This document shows, one piece after another, positions 39,534 through 53,910 of a stretch of DNA of 64,000 bases; the first letter of the stretch is position 1; each line of letters opens with the position of its first letter. The DNA comes from Octopus sinensis. Taxonomy: Eukaryota. A program made the translations under genes and the position numbers. The notes beneath the pieces were generated by a model. That model made no database searches. It saw only the letters and a list, made by a program, of their open reading frames with translations, and had not been told where the DNA came from. Location of the stretch: positions 10,726,001-10,790,000 of the forward strand of contig NC_043001.1 of assembly GCF_006345805.1 (NCBI RefSeq), written 5' to 3'.

Positions 39534-40744
39534 CTTGGTATCTTATCACCAATCTTCACTAAATTAAGGTATTTTGTAGCTGTTGCTTTGTGTTAGAGAA
39601 CTTTTGTAGTTAATTCATAAAAGTAAGCGAGAAGCATTTTATGAGATATAAGTATCAGACAACAAAGGAATACTTATACACCATAGGTTTTTTAAAGAGA
39701 TTCTAAAATATGCTAACATCCGTATTTTGTTTTCGTAAGGTGGGTGGCAGGTTTGTTTTGAGCTATAGTGGTGTCTTTCGCATCAACACTATGTTAATGA
39801 TGTTTTGTCTAATTATAGAGACAGAAACGTTTGGTGCTTAATTATAAGGAATAATTATTTGGTAAAAACATTTATGCCTCATATATAGTTAATTAAAGCG
39901 TGATATTGTTCATGATAATGACAATTACGCTGTGATGATAAGGTAGATTTTAAATAACACTAATTATAATGTTTTACCATAGATGATGTAAATTTTATGA
40001 GAAGGGGATAAAAATGGAGGGTCTTTTCTTTTTGAGCGCGTGGATATTTGCTTCATGAAGATACTCTTTCCTTTTTCCCATCATATCTGCGATCTCTTTA
40101 ATTATATGTTAATTTGGTTAGAACTTAGATCTATCATTTATGGGAAACTAAAAAGGAAGCGGTTATGTCTAGTTGTGGATGGAAATCTGTGTATAACGTA
40201 TCTCTATTGAAACCGCGTTTAGAGAAAAAAAAAGTATTTACAAAAAATATTTTCATAAAATGTCTTTAAATAACATATTAAAAGACAGAATTTTTTCCAG
40301 TTAAATTAAAAATTAACTTGTAATTAAGATCGTGAAGGTAATTAAGAAAAATGATGATATGGCTTAAACGAGATAACAATAAGATAATAATGTAAACATA
40401 AAAAATAAAATATTAATAAAAGACGATTTTGGAGAGAAGTAGGATGGCGGAGTATTCAGTATTCTTTAAGAAATTCGAGGTGTTTTACATAATTCTAAGA
40501 AATAGATTAGAATATTGGGATTACATTATCTATCTGAATATATTTATGAGAGTTCTCCAGCACTCGACGTCGTGTAGGGAGCTTTCTCAAGACGTATTCT
40601 CGAAGCAAAATGGCATATAAACAAAACACATACACTATGTATGAGCAACCGATGATGTTTAAAGCTGCTTTTAAACGGAAAGTCGAAATTTAATTTATAA
40701 TTTGTTTATGGAGCACAAAGGTTTTTAGGAATATTATCAACCAA

Positions 40745-40906
40745 TCATTTAAGTCAGTGCCAGAAGAAAAATGACCATCTTTGGTTTCAAGACGGAAAGT
40801 GTTCTTCCATCAGGATAATGCTCGGCCACATATAGCGAGGATGACATTCCAAAGGCTGGGAAACGATGCCCCACCCACCATATTCGCCGGTCATTGCTCC
40901 ATCTGT
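40745..40906 (+). pseudogene. Isolated mariner transposase fragment
   Basis: Nucleotide match to 39115-39280 (HQDNARPH..PPYSP). Confidence 0.8.
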
Positions 40907-42037
40907 GGATATCCTTCACAAATATTGGTTTATTACATTTGAATATTATTATTTATCTTTTGATATCATAACTTCGGTTTGAAAATATTATGCGATATAA
41001 CGCGATATTTTATTTTCATTGTATGATTTAACCTTCACTTTGTTTTTAGTTCATAAATAAATGTTACAAAACGTATGCATATCGTGGTTGTACAGTACTT
41101 TGAATGTATCAGCTGTTAGTATTATCGTATATATTCTTTTCGCTATTGTTTGCTTCATTGTATATTGCTAATCAATAATTTCGTCCATTTCGTTCAACTC
41201 CATTTGGTTGGTATTATTGTTTCTTCAGTTACAGTTACTATTAGTTGTAATGACGAGTGATTTTAATGATTTTTAAAATAAGTTTCTTCGCATTAGAAGA
41301 GACGAGCTCATTTGCTAATTGTGGTGTGGAAGAATATGAAAATTTGATAGCTTGTTTTATAATTAAATGTTTGATTCCGGTTATGATATGAATGAAATTA
41401 CTAATTGTTAAAATTTCGGGAAACATCTAAGAAGTTGGCTACAGTAACATTGTATTTAAAGCCACAGTTTTTAAAGAAAGAATCTAGGCTTTTTGGAAGT
41501 AAATAGCCGTCATCTCAATAGAGGCCTCTTTCTCAAATATGGAACTTCTCTCGGAATTTTAACAGTGGTTACAGATTATATATATTAAGTGACTATGTGC
41601 CGCATACTAAGAACAAAATGGGTTTGAAGACGATGTCTTAATTAATGAAGTATTATCAAATTGTAATGTTATTTATCGAGCGATAATGTTATTTATCGGT
41701 TTTCATGTATTTTATGCTAATGATAATTCTAACATAATGTAAAACATCAATCAATAAGTAAAGGTTTTGGTTATAATTAGCTGACACATGTGTATGTCGA
41801 ACCTGCTTTATCTTTTTTTAATTCAAACCATTCTATGAATAATTTAGTTTTATTACAAAATGCATGAAATGATAATTTTATCTGTTTTGGCTAATTTCCG
41901 TTTTAGTAGGTCAACGAAGTGAATGGTTGGTTTCTCTTTGATTCGTTAGCATCAAAAGAGATGAAGTGATGATTTCCATATGAAGGAACTTCGTTTCCTT
42001 TGTAATGTCTAATTCAAATGTTATTTTCAATGCTTAT

Positions 42038-42368
42038 CTTTTACTTTTTTCAGTCATTAGACTGGAGCCCTACTGGGGCACCATCTTGAAGAAGTTTAGA
42101 CGAACGAATCTACCCTAGCGCTCATTCTATCTTTCTGCCTTTCCCTGCCAAGTTATAGTAACGTAAACATACCAACAACGGCTGTCTAGCGGTGGTGGGT
42201 GACAAACACAGATACAAACACACAATCACATACATACACATATACACGACGGGGTTCTGTCAGTTTCCGTCTACCAAATCTATTCAAAAAGTTTCAGTCT
42301 GCCTGAGGCTATAGAAGGTACTTGCCCAAGGTGCCACTCAGTGGGACTGAGCCAAAACGCCTGCGCCT
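42038..42368 (-). mobile_element. Family A SINE (diverged, full length)
   Basis: Tail CAGTCATTAGACTG to head CCTGCGCCT. Confidence 0.8.
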
Positions 42369-43325
42369 AACCATTCCCACCATTCTATGAATACTTCAAT
42401 TTGGCTGTTTATTTTGCAAATTGTATTCAATTCTACTTTTCAGTAAGTATTAGCGATGTCTATATGGCATCTTATAATATGATCTATTATTTGTTAATCT
42501 CATATTCGTTTTTAATCTTGTCTGCTTGGATAATTGGTTAGAAATTTTTTATGTCACGTTGCCTCAATTTCTTCCGGGAATCGTTATTGGTCGCCCTAAA
42601 TTATGTATTTTTAATTAGATATAAATAAGGTCACCTTCAAACTCTTTCAACAGTAGCTTATTTGGGTTCGGGGTGGGTAATAATTAGATTTAAATCCATA
42701 TTTCCATTTATTTTTTGAATTGTTTTCTTGGGTGTCAGAAAAGTATGCTTTCCTGCATATACTTCTAATAAAGTTATTAACAAATATAAAAAAAGAAAAA
42801 AACGTAATTTAAATAGTCTCTATTTCTCACTTTCTGTGTATGTTTTGCAGGCATAAAATTTTTGTTTCACCATTTTTGTTGTTTAACGTTTACAGATAGA
42901 AGGCGCATCAATAAATAGATTTATTCAGATTTTAGTCATTTGCAGTGTAAAAAAAAATGCACAAACGAACAAAAGGATGCAATATAGACAAGCAAAGAGG
43001 TGTATAACTAACATTATAAAAAAAATTAGTTGAGTACTTTAAATATATATCAGTTTTTTTCCAAGTCTGGAAGTCTCCAAGTTATGTTATTGTTAATCGT
43101 CTCCATAGATAGCTACCTGCCATTGTTGCCTTGTTTTATGAGAACAATATTTAATCATATCATGAAAGTAGGTGAAATTTTTTTATGAGGTAGAAATTTG
43201 TCAGTGTCTTTGAATAACAAAGGGAGAGCTGTACGTCATAATCTTTTAAGAGATTCTAAGAATTTATGTTCATACCTGTATTTTGATGACTCGTGATTTT
43301 GTTATTCTGAGAATACTTAAAAGCT

Positions 43326-43344
<19 letters not shown>

Positions 43345-43364
<20 letters not shown>

Positions 43365-44220
43365 AATAAAATAGAACATATGCATATATATAAACATATA
43401 TGTACGTACCTACCTCTACATGTACATATACACGCATATATGTGTACAGGACACCAAAAAGACGTCGAACACATAGAGAGACGAAAACATAGACACAAAC
43501 CAAGGAACAAGACAAGCAAAAAAAAAGGAGAGATACAGGACAATAAGCACAACGAAAAATCCCCTTCTTCAGTCGCTAAGATTTCATCTACTAAACGTTT
43601 TGAAGGATAAAAGCGAGACGTATACTTCGAAGAAAAATTCCTTCCCGCGAAAAGCAAATCAATTAAAATTCTGAGATCTTTTCGCAGAGGGGTAAAAAAA
43701 ATAAGACGGTAACGACAGTACAAACATATAAACAGTAAAAAATATATATATAAACAGTGGAAAAATAAATATATAACAGTGAGAGACAGGACAAGGAGAA
43801 CAAGATAAGAAGGGCTGTTAACGCCAGACGAAAAAGTATTGCAAACGCTGGATTATCGTGGAAGACGAGAGAGGGAAAATTTGTCGACCAGAAGCCTTAC
43901 AAGGCGGGCGAGAAAAGACAGGATAGCAGTTACGACGGAAGTATCGTCGCAGATGGATGACGGGAATGGGGGAGGAGGAGCAAGAGGAGAGAGAGAAGAA
44001 GGGAATGGTGCGAGAGACCATGAAGAATGGTGAAAGGAGAGAGAGAATGAAGAATGAGAGAGAGAGAAGAGACAAGTTAAGTGAGGGAAAAAAGACGAAA
44101 AAGGGAATGGGAGAGAAAGAAAGAAAGATGCAGAGTCGCGTGAGAGTTAATATCAAGGCTAACTTGATAAACAGAACAATCTTACTTAATAGGGTGCGTG
44201 CGTTTAGTCGTATAATATGT
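43345..44220 (-). mobile_element. Family D element (longest copy)
   Basis: Reverse-complement colinear with 13665-14420. Confidence 0.6.
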
Positions 44221-44224
44221 TAAT

Positions 44225-44470
44225 AAAATAATGGTGAGAATTTACAAAAAAAAACCAAACAGCAAAAGACGAAGAAGGGTGTGTAAACAACAGACAGATG
44301 TATTAGTTTAACGCTTGGGAAGTGAGAAAGTCTTTTACGTTTCGAGTCTACGCTCTTCGGCAGAAAGGAACACAAAAATAAACAGGGAGAGAAAATAGAA
44401 AAAGGTTTAGTGACTAGCGATCTATCATGGCGAATACCGGACAGAGGGGTCACACAGGAGAGCTGGGAAG
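44225..44470 (-). mobile_element. Family H1 HHR element (long copy)
   Basis: Minus strand CTGCCGA-A-GAGC GTAG ACTC-GAAA-CGTA (44336-44363). Confidence 0.72.
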
Positions 44471-45004
44471 AAGGGGAGATAATAAAGTAGTGGTGATCCC
44501 AAAACGAAGGTGCGCATGCGAGTATGTATGCGTGGAAGGTGGCTGGTGACATTGACGTGTGCGTGTGTGCATGTGTAGGTGTGTGGATGATGGTGTAGGT
44601 GCTGGGAAGTGGCCAGTAATAGAGTGTGCGCTGGCGTGTGTGCTGGAAAGTGGTCAATGCTAATGTGCGCGAGGTGGTGTGATATGGTATGTACACATAA
44701 ACGCATAATACATACATATATATTTACACACACACACACACAGATATGTACATATGTAAGTATATATACATAAGTGTGTGTATTTATTTATCTGTCTTAT
44801 ATACTTATCTATCTATATGTTTGTTTATCTCGTTAGCTTTCTCACACTAAGAAAAATGAAGGTGGCTATTCTTATAAGTGGCACAGTAGTTGGCTACCTT
44901 ATTCTGAGATGAAATGCCGCTCATTTTCCACCCAACAAAGTGCGTTTAATAGCAATCGCTATTTAAATCAAACACAAATTAGAACCATGTTGAGATGCCT
45001 TGTA

Positions 45005-45377
45005 TCTTTATATTTGCTTTTGTCATTATACTGCGGCCATGCTGAGGCACTATCTTGAAAAAGTTTTAGTCGAATGAATCGACCCTACTACTGATTGTTT
45101 TCAAACCTGGTACTTATTTTATTGGTCTTTTTACTGAACCGCTAGGTTACAGGGACGTAAACACACCGAAACAGATTGTCAAGAGGTGCTGGTGGGACAA
45201 ATACACGCACACACATTATATATATTCGACGGGCTTCTATTAGTTTTCCCCCTCCGAGGCTTTGTTCGGCGCAAAGTTATAATACAATAGACTTGCCCAA
45301 AGTGCCATGCAGTAGGACTGAACTCAGTTCCATGTGGTTGGGAAGCAAACTTCTTACCACACAGCCACGCCTGCTCT
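45005..45377 (-). mobile_element. Family A SINE (diverged)
   Basis: CTGCGGCCATGCTGAGGCAC..ACCACACAGCCACGCC. Confidence 0.8.
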
Positions 45378-47014
45378 TATGATTATTTCTCTCTCATTTT
45401 GTATGTTTACTTCTATTATTATTTGAATTTTAAAGACAATCTCAAACTCCATAGTCTTCATTTTAATTTCCTTCTTGTCACCTTTACCCGGATGAAAGAC
45501 TCTCTCTCCGAAACGTTGGATATTCCACTCCCTATGAAAATCATTGATTTCGGTGCACCGTTTCTGTCGTTTTTGTTTTATATTTATTCATTTCATCGTC
45601 GTCAGGTATCGTACGCTATTACAGCGCCTTAATGACATTACAAGAAAAGTCTTTCCCATTAAGCGTGAGCTCCCGTATCTTTGGTTTTCTTGGCAGAAAT
45701 ATTAGGGTGCATTGCCACTGCCTTCCCCAAACGGATGGCCCCACAAGGGAGCTGTTCAACCCTTCGACAGGTCTTGCTCTTAGTCCATCAGAATGTCCAG
45801 ACACTCTCTTCAGAAGAGTAGAAAGCTACTCAAATGGGGCGGCCAGTCCAGTCACTGACAATCTGACCACAAAACAGATAGTACTGCTTTACATGGAACC
45901 GGTAACAGGTTCATCAACCCGGGATGAAATCCCAGATCAGGCTACGTTTATTGCTTTGTTTTATTTATTTATCTTATTGATTTTTCTGACCATATGCATT
46001 ATTTACTATTTATTTCATTATTTATTTCATTATTTATTTCATTATTTATTTATTATTTATTTCATTATTTCTTCTTATATTCATGTAAATTAATACTGGA
46101 ATGGTCAACATATCTTTCTTTAGGAAATAGTTTCATCTTCGTACCAATATCTTTCTTTGAAGCTAATTTCTTTGATAAACAACCTATTTTATTATTTATT
46201 TTTATATTCTTCTGATTCTTTGAATTTTTGTTATTATTTTATAGATTTATTGATTATTTTTTTTTACTTCATTGTATTTATCTAGTCCTTCTCTCTCAGA
46301 ATTTCTATTGAACTATTGCCATTGCTTCCTTAAAACAAATCATGAATGGCAACCTACAAAGTACATCTATCGCCTTCAGAAATATATCAGGTCAGCTTGC
46401 TCTTTGTATTAGAGTCGATGTTTTGGATGACCATAAATAGATCTGAAGATTAGTCTGTTAGATTGTTTGCCAGCACACTTGTATCTACAGGCGTACAAAT
46501 GCATATATATCTATACGCATATTTTATAAACGTGTGAATGTTGACGTAATGCTTATGATATAGCTTAAAAAACTATGAAACAGCTGTAAACGAATGGGTT
46601 CTCTCACCTTACTTCTGAGTCATATACATTGACTCGGCTCCATATTTTTCAGAATTTATTAGACACTAGCTGACCAATGGAGGTCGAAATTTCGTGAAGA
46701 TATTTTGGATTTCTTTTAAGCATCCCCTACTCTGTCTTCGAACATCAAAATATAGTGGATGTGCTTTAGCTCATGAGACTTTCAGTAACTTATCACTAAA
46801 ACTGTTTGTTTGCGAGTAACTCCCACCAAACGTGCTAAGTGGCACTTTCGTTTTTTTTTTCATTCACTTAGCTACACACGTACACACGCACATGCACACA
46901 CACACTCGATCACATATGCACACATTTATGTATGCAATTACATATATATACCCGAATATGCATGTATATATATATATATGTATGTATATCTATATATCTA
47001 TATATCTATCTATC

Positions 47015-47093
<79 letters not shown>

Positions 47094-47230
47094 ATATATA
47101 TATAATATATATATATATATATAGCTGTTTAAATATGTATATAAATGCTTATATATGGAAATATATGTATATGTGTCTTTAGAACATACACACATACACG
47201 CATACACATACACACATATGTATATATATG

Positions 47231-47280
<50 letters not shown>

Positions 47281-47539
47281 AGATAAAGAAAATGGAAACT
47301 AGGAAGTTAAGAATTGTTTATTAACAACAAATCAATCATCATACCTTACAGGTGTTTCAATTAATACTCAGTGAATCTAATTACATATTAAATTCATATG
47401 ATCTGAGGATATCTTCAGAGGGAAAAATACTCTTGAATGTTTTGTATATATTTGTGGATTCATTATAACGAACTGAATGATACTGTTATGATTTGTATTT
47501 TTATATGTTCGGCCGAGGTGTTTGCAGGCTGAATCGAAG

Positions 47540-47591
<52 letters not shown>

Positions 47592-47609
47592 AATCCCCCC
47601 AGATAAGAT

Positions 47610-47730
47610 GAACAAACACAAACACAATGCGAGGACGTAGTACATGTAAAGTATTAGCAGACGCTCAGGGAAGGAAATAGAGGTGGTTTAACGTTTCGAG
47701 CAACGCTCTTCTTCATAAACAGAGGACAGT
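47610..47730 (-). mobile_element. Family H2 pLTR fragment with HHR
   Basis: Minus strand ATGAAGA-A-GAGC GTT GCTC-GAAA-CGTT (47690-47716). Confidence 0.55.
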
Positions 47731-47996
47731 GTGTATATCTGCCCATGTATGTATAATTTTGTGCGTCTATGTATGAGTGTGTGTTGTGTGCGTGTGTGTG
47801 TGGGTATGTGTGCGTTCATGTGCGTGTGCGTATGTGTCTATGTGTGTGCGTGTGTATATGTGTGTGCGTGTGTCTGGATGTGCATGTGTACATGTATGTG
47901 TATGTATGTGCGTGTGTATATGTGTGTGTGTGTATGTAGGTGTGTGTATGTGTGTGTCCGTGGGGGTTGTGTGTGTTAGGTATGTTTATATATATG

Positions 47997-48192
47997 TAAC
48001 GGGAAGGTTTACGAAAATAAACAAGTCGTAGGCAGGTGGAATACAAACAAACAAATGTATTAATATGGCGCTCAGGAACAGAAATAGAACAAGTCTTTTA
48101 CGTTTCGAGCCTACGCTCTTCGACAGAAACATACACAGAAAAAAACAAGGAGAGAAAAATATGCGTGTAGGAGCTAACGATCTATCATGGCG
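47997..48192 (-). mobile_element. Family H1 HHR element
   Basis: Minus strand CTGTCGA-A-GAGC GTAG GCTC-GAAA-CGTA (48099-48126). Confidence 0.75.
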
Positions 48193-49146
48193 TCCTGATC
48201 AATATGACGCATTGTGAGACTGAACTTGCAACCATAGGGTGTGGAAACATGCATCTTACTACACAGCCACGCCTATACGTATACACACAATCACACACAC
48301 ACACGCGCACACACATACACTTATAGCCACATCCAAACACATACACACACATATATATTTCAATATCCTTTATATACATACATATATATACATATATATG
48401 CATGTGTCTATGTATATATATATATAAGTATATATATGCATATATATATACATATACATACATCATATATATATATTATATATATAGATATAAAACATAT
48501 GTATATGTATATATATATATATATTTATTTTGTGTGTATAATTATGTATATATATATATATATATGTAACCATGCCTTATTTCTACATATACTCATATAT
48601 TCTTCTGTGCACATATAAAATATATCTGTTCATACGTTTATGCATGCATGCATATGTATATGCTTATATATCTATATTATATATATATATATATTATATA
48701 TATATATATATATGTGTGTGTTGTGGTGTGTGGTGTGTGTGTAAGCATATATACAATATAGATAATATATGTTGGTCTTTGTAATAGGTATTATTATTTA
48801 GCGTAAGAAAAAATAAAGAAATGAAGATCATTTCATTTCTCTTCCGTCAATCAAACTGAACAGAAGATTTCATCCAATCAACCTTTTATTACTTTCGGGA
48901 TGTTCTCTTCCACTAATAAACGATAAGTTGAGAAGACAGAATAATACAGACACGATTCATTCAATTAGATATTCTCTCTAAAATGCACCAACGTATTGAT
49001 CAAATAAATGGGTCTTTCTTAACTTAATTTAGTTTTTCTTTCTTCTTATCTCTTTCTCTACCCTTATTTTTGCCTGCCTTGTTTGTCTGTACGTCTCTCT
49101 GCATGTCTGTCTTTCTGTTTGTCTTTCTCGACGCCCTCTCACTCAC

Positions 49147-49257
<111 letters not shown>

Positions 49258-49344
49258 TTATGTCTATCAACTTATTTTCCGTTTGTTATAGACATATACC
49301 TAAATATATACATATATGCACACGCACACACATATGTATATACA

Positions 49345-49384
<40 letters not shown>

Positions 49385-49435
49385 GTGTGTATATATATAT
49401 ATATTATATATATTATATGTATATATATATATATG

Positions 49436-49483
<48 letters not shown>

Positions 49484-49633
49484 CTATATATATGTATATA
49501 TATATATAATATGTGTGTATATATATATATTATATATAACTATATATATGTATATATATATAATATATAATTATATATATATAATATATATATTATATAT
49601 TATATATATGCCTATATATTTACATATATATAC

Positions 49634-49666
<33 letters not shown>

Positions 49667-49742
49667 CTTACAGATGTACATATTTACATGTGCATGCATA
49701 TGTATGTATGAGCATATATGTATATATGTATATATACACACG

Positions 49743-49780
<38 letters not shown>

Positions 49781-50394
49781 ACGACACATTTATAAGTACA
49801 TATACGCACATGTACGCACAGATACACACACATATCACAAAATAAACACAAGCGCTAGTTTACTCGAAAACCTTAGAAAACTCTTAATGTAAGTCTTTAA
49901 ATAACTGACAAGTTAGACGCTACTTTTTTAGGCTCCTTTTCTCTAATCACTGTTAAGTTTGCATTTTATTATTTGCTGGTTTCTTTCTATCAATGGCGGT
50001 GGTTGTGGTAGTGATGACATGGCTGACATTTTTTCTCTTCTGCTGCTGATTTTAATGTTGTTGCATGTTTTTTTCTCCATATCCTTGTTATAATTAATCT
50101 TTTATATTATTGTTATTATTATTGCTGCTGTTGTTGTTGATGTTGTTGTTTATCAATCTGTTGCTGGTTCCACTGTTTTCCACTTGTTGTTATCAATCAT
50201 CATGTATTATTTACTAAAACCAAAATGGCGACCGAATGGCAGAACTCGAGTTCAGATCCTAAAATGACTTTCGTTCGTAATAAACACACAACAAGTATCG
50301 GTCATGAATTTATGGTTAAAATGTTCCCTCCTAGTATATCGACCGATGCTCCAGCATGGCCGCAGTCAAATGACTGAAACAAACAAAAGATAAA

Positions 50395-50585
50395 CGTCAT
50401 GATTGGCAGCTAGCTCCAAAAGTTTTTTTCATTCCCTCTCTGTTTATTCCCTCGTGTCCCTTTCTGTGGAGGAGCATAGACTCGAAACGTAAAAGACTTT
50501 CTCACTTTCCCGAGAGTTTAAAAAATAAACCTATTTGTTGTTCATACACCTGTCTTATCTTTTGTTTTTCTGTAAATTCTACTAA
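50395..50585 (+). mobile_element. Family H1 HHR element, directly after an isolated family A SINE tail (50335-50393)
   Basis: CTGTGGA-G-GAGC ATAG ACTC-GAAA-CGTA (50464-50491). Confidence 0.72.
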
Positions 50586-50668
50586 TTATATATATATATA
50601 TATATATACATACGACTCTATTCTTTCTTTCTTTCTATCAGCCCTTTTATATATATATATATTATTAT

Positions 50669-50710
<42 letters not shown>

Positions 50711-50733
50711 ATATATACGTGTGTGTTTGTGTT

Positions 50734-50787
<54 letters not shown>

Positions 50788-51551
50788 TGTGCGTGTGAGC
50801 GCCCGTATTATGTTTGTACTGTAATATATGGATCAACAGCATCGTGTCGCTATCACAGAAAGCTCCGCTAGCGGACTCCGCTAGCAGCCCACATAGTAAG
50901 CTGAAATGCAAAAGATACAATCGGATAAGATTATTTAATGAGGAGTTGCGAGAGATGAATATATTTTAACACTTTTCATCCTTAGGATTACAGCCGTTTC
51001 GCAGCCTTCATCACATAATATCAATTTCAGCGTATGAGAAATTATTTCACATGTCTGCATTAAAATGCATACTATACATTGTACAATACAACTGCATATT
51101 TACAAATTAGTGCAGATAAAGAAAGCTAGCTCATCAGATCATCAGAACACCATATCTACGCCAAGGCTTCGGCTCTAAGTATTCAGACCAAATCTTCTAT
51201 CTATATATAAATTATATGGAAGACCGATACTAGACAATATTTGTTTGGTATGGTCATCAAAAATATATTTTGTTTTATATCAATTACGATGCAGGAATTG
51301 ACCATCCTTAATGCTAAAAAAAAAAGAGGGGGGGAAAATATCAGGAAGGGATAGTCGAGGAAGTAAAATAGTTATAGTAAACATTTTATGCGAGCTAAAT
51401 TCTTTCTTCGGCTGAGCATAATTTGGTCTCATCTCAGTAATTGATAATGTATTAGACCATGTCTAAACACTCTACTGCCTCGATCAATACATACCAATCA
51501 TTTCGGTTTTCAAAGGCATTACACCAATGGAGATCTCGTCATTTGTGTTCA

Positions 51552-51880
51552 GGCAGACATGGCTGTGTGGTTAAGACACTCGCTGTACACCGAAGTGGTT
51601 TCGGGTTCTGTCCCATTTCGCAGCACATTTGGCAAGTGTCTTCTACTAAGGTCTCGAGCTGGTCAATGTCTGTAGACTGAATTTGGGAGTCGGAAACTGC
51701 GTCGAAGCGCATCGTATATGAGCGTGTGTGGGTCTCGGTACAGCTTGAAAACCGGTATAAGTTCGATTACTTCCTCACAAAAAGGCACAAACAGAATTAG
51801 TCCCAGACTCAAGATAAAAACTGTCGATTTGTTCGACAAGACAGTACTCCAGCAGGGCCACAAACTACCGACTGAAGTAG
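51552..51880 (+). mobile_element. Old family A-related SINE
   Basis: ATGGCTGTGTGGTTAAG head, TTGGCAAGTGTCTTCTACTA, GTCGATTTGTTCGAC..CTCCAGCAGGGCCAC. Confidence 0.65.
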
Positions 51881-52311
51881 GACAATATGAGAGTATCAGT
51901 CTACAATAACGAAAATATTGTTGCTATTTTTAACATGTGGAGTCGTTCTATAACGGTTTACTACTTGGCTTTTAAGAGTTAAAATGGCGGCGATTGTTGG
52001 TTGTGCCAAATATAATGCTTTTTGAAGAAGAAAAATGAGATGAAAAGCAAAAGAAAAAGCAAAAAAAAAAAACGATGAAGACGACATTCTGTCAACTCCT
52101 AAAATATGTTGCTTATGACTTACTTTCTGACATTTCTCCCATACACTCACATCTACATACATATATACATATAGATATGATACGTGCAGATACACATATG
52201 TATTTATACACACGTATATACATACATACGTACATACATACATACATACATGCATACATATATATGTGTATATACATATATATATGTATGTATGTATGTG
52301 TATATATATGT

Positions 52312-52436
<125 letters not shown>

Positions 52437-52481
52437 TAGGCACTTGCCAAATATATATATATATATATGTATATATATGTA

Positions 52482-52661
52482 TAGGGAGAATTCATAAAAG
52501 AACAAAAGAAGACAGGTGGGTACAAAACAAACAGATGTATTAGTATAACGCTCGGGAATTGAAAAAAGTCTTTAACGTTTCGAGCCTACGCTCTTCCAAT
52601 GAAAGGAACACGAAAGGAGAGAAAATAGATAATATGAAGTGGCTAGCGATCAATCATGACG
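52482..52661 (-). mobile_element. Family H1 HHR element
   Basis: Minus strand CATTGGA-A-GAGC GTAG GCTC-GAAA-CGTT (52574-52601). Confidence 0.72.
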
Positions 52662-53453
52662 AATATATATAAATATATATAAATACATACAAACATACAT
52701 ATATTTATATATATTTACACTTATATCTATCTATATCACTATCTGTCTCTCCAGAGAGAGAAAGAGAGAGAGGGGGGAAGAAGGAGGGAGAGAGAGAGAG
52801 AGAAAGAAAGTGAAACACAAGCGAAAATTCATATATTCTCAAATATTTTTTTGAAGTACTTTCGAAAATGACAACTGCGCATTTACTGTTAGTGTGATTA
52901 TATTCAGGGCACTATCAAATTTACTTGGAAAGTGACATTAAGTGGGAATTTACTACACACACACAAACACACACAAACACACACACACATACGCACACAT
53001 ACACACATATTTGTAAAATTTAATATTCACAATTTACAAACGATTTAAATAATAGTTTCATGCTTTGGAGACACAATAATTTGGCGGATTTATATATTAT
53101 GCTACGAATCTTCCTGGTTGATGAGGAAACATGAGAAAATAAAAACGAGAAGAATAAAACGCAAAGAATGTTGATGCAAAAGGTGGAAAAAAAGAAAGAA
53201 AAGAAAATTAAGAAAACCAAAATCTTCGACAGACAAAAAGAACTAAAGTCTTGCTTTACGCCATTTATTCGTAGTCTTTTCTCGTTATATAAATCTGCTG
53301 GATTTATATGAATCTGCAAGTATCTCTAAAGCATGGTGCTATTAGTAGATCTTTTGTAAATTGTGTATATTAAATGATATTTATCTCTCACTGGACGAAT
53401 ACTTTTACTTTTTAATATATATTATATATGTATAATATATATATATATATATA

Positions 53454-53515
<62 letters not shown>

Positions 53516-53524
53516 ATATATATA

Positions 53525-53735
53525 TAACGGGAAGCTTTATGAAAATAAACAAAAGACGAAGGCAGGTGGAGTACAAACAAACAATTGTATTAGTATGGCG
53601 CTCAGGAATATAAATAAAACAAGTATTTTACGTTTCGAGCCTACGCTCTTCAACAGAAAGATACACAGAAAAGAAACACGGAGAGAAACAAGGAGAGAAA
53701 AAAATGCGTGCAGAAGCTAGCGATTCAACATGGCG
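53525..53735 (-). mobile_element. Family H1 HHR element
   Basis: Minus strand CTGTTGA-A-GAGC GTAG GCTC-GAAA-CGTA (53629-53656). Confidence 0.75.
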
Positions 53736-53766
53736 AACTCATATATATATATATATATAATATATA

Positions 53767-53910
53767 TATTGGGTTGTCCGGAAAGTTCGTGCCGATTTTT
53801 AAAGGAAAGAAAAAAGGTCAATAAATACTTACCATTACATTTTTAATTAACCAAATATGAACCATTCTGTTGCACAATCTTTCCTTTAAATTCAAAATAC
53901 CCACTTCCCA
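53767..53910 (-). mobile_element. Mariner right end (TIR plus transposase C-terminal remnant)
   Basis: TA-TTGGGTTGTCCGGAAAGTTCGTGCCGATTT is a mariner-type TIR; minus-strand remnant GILNL..KIVQQNGSYLVN*. Confidence 0.6.
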
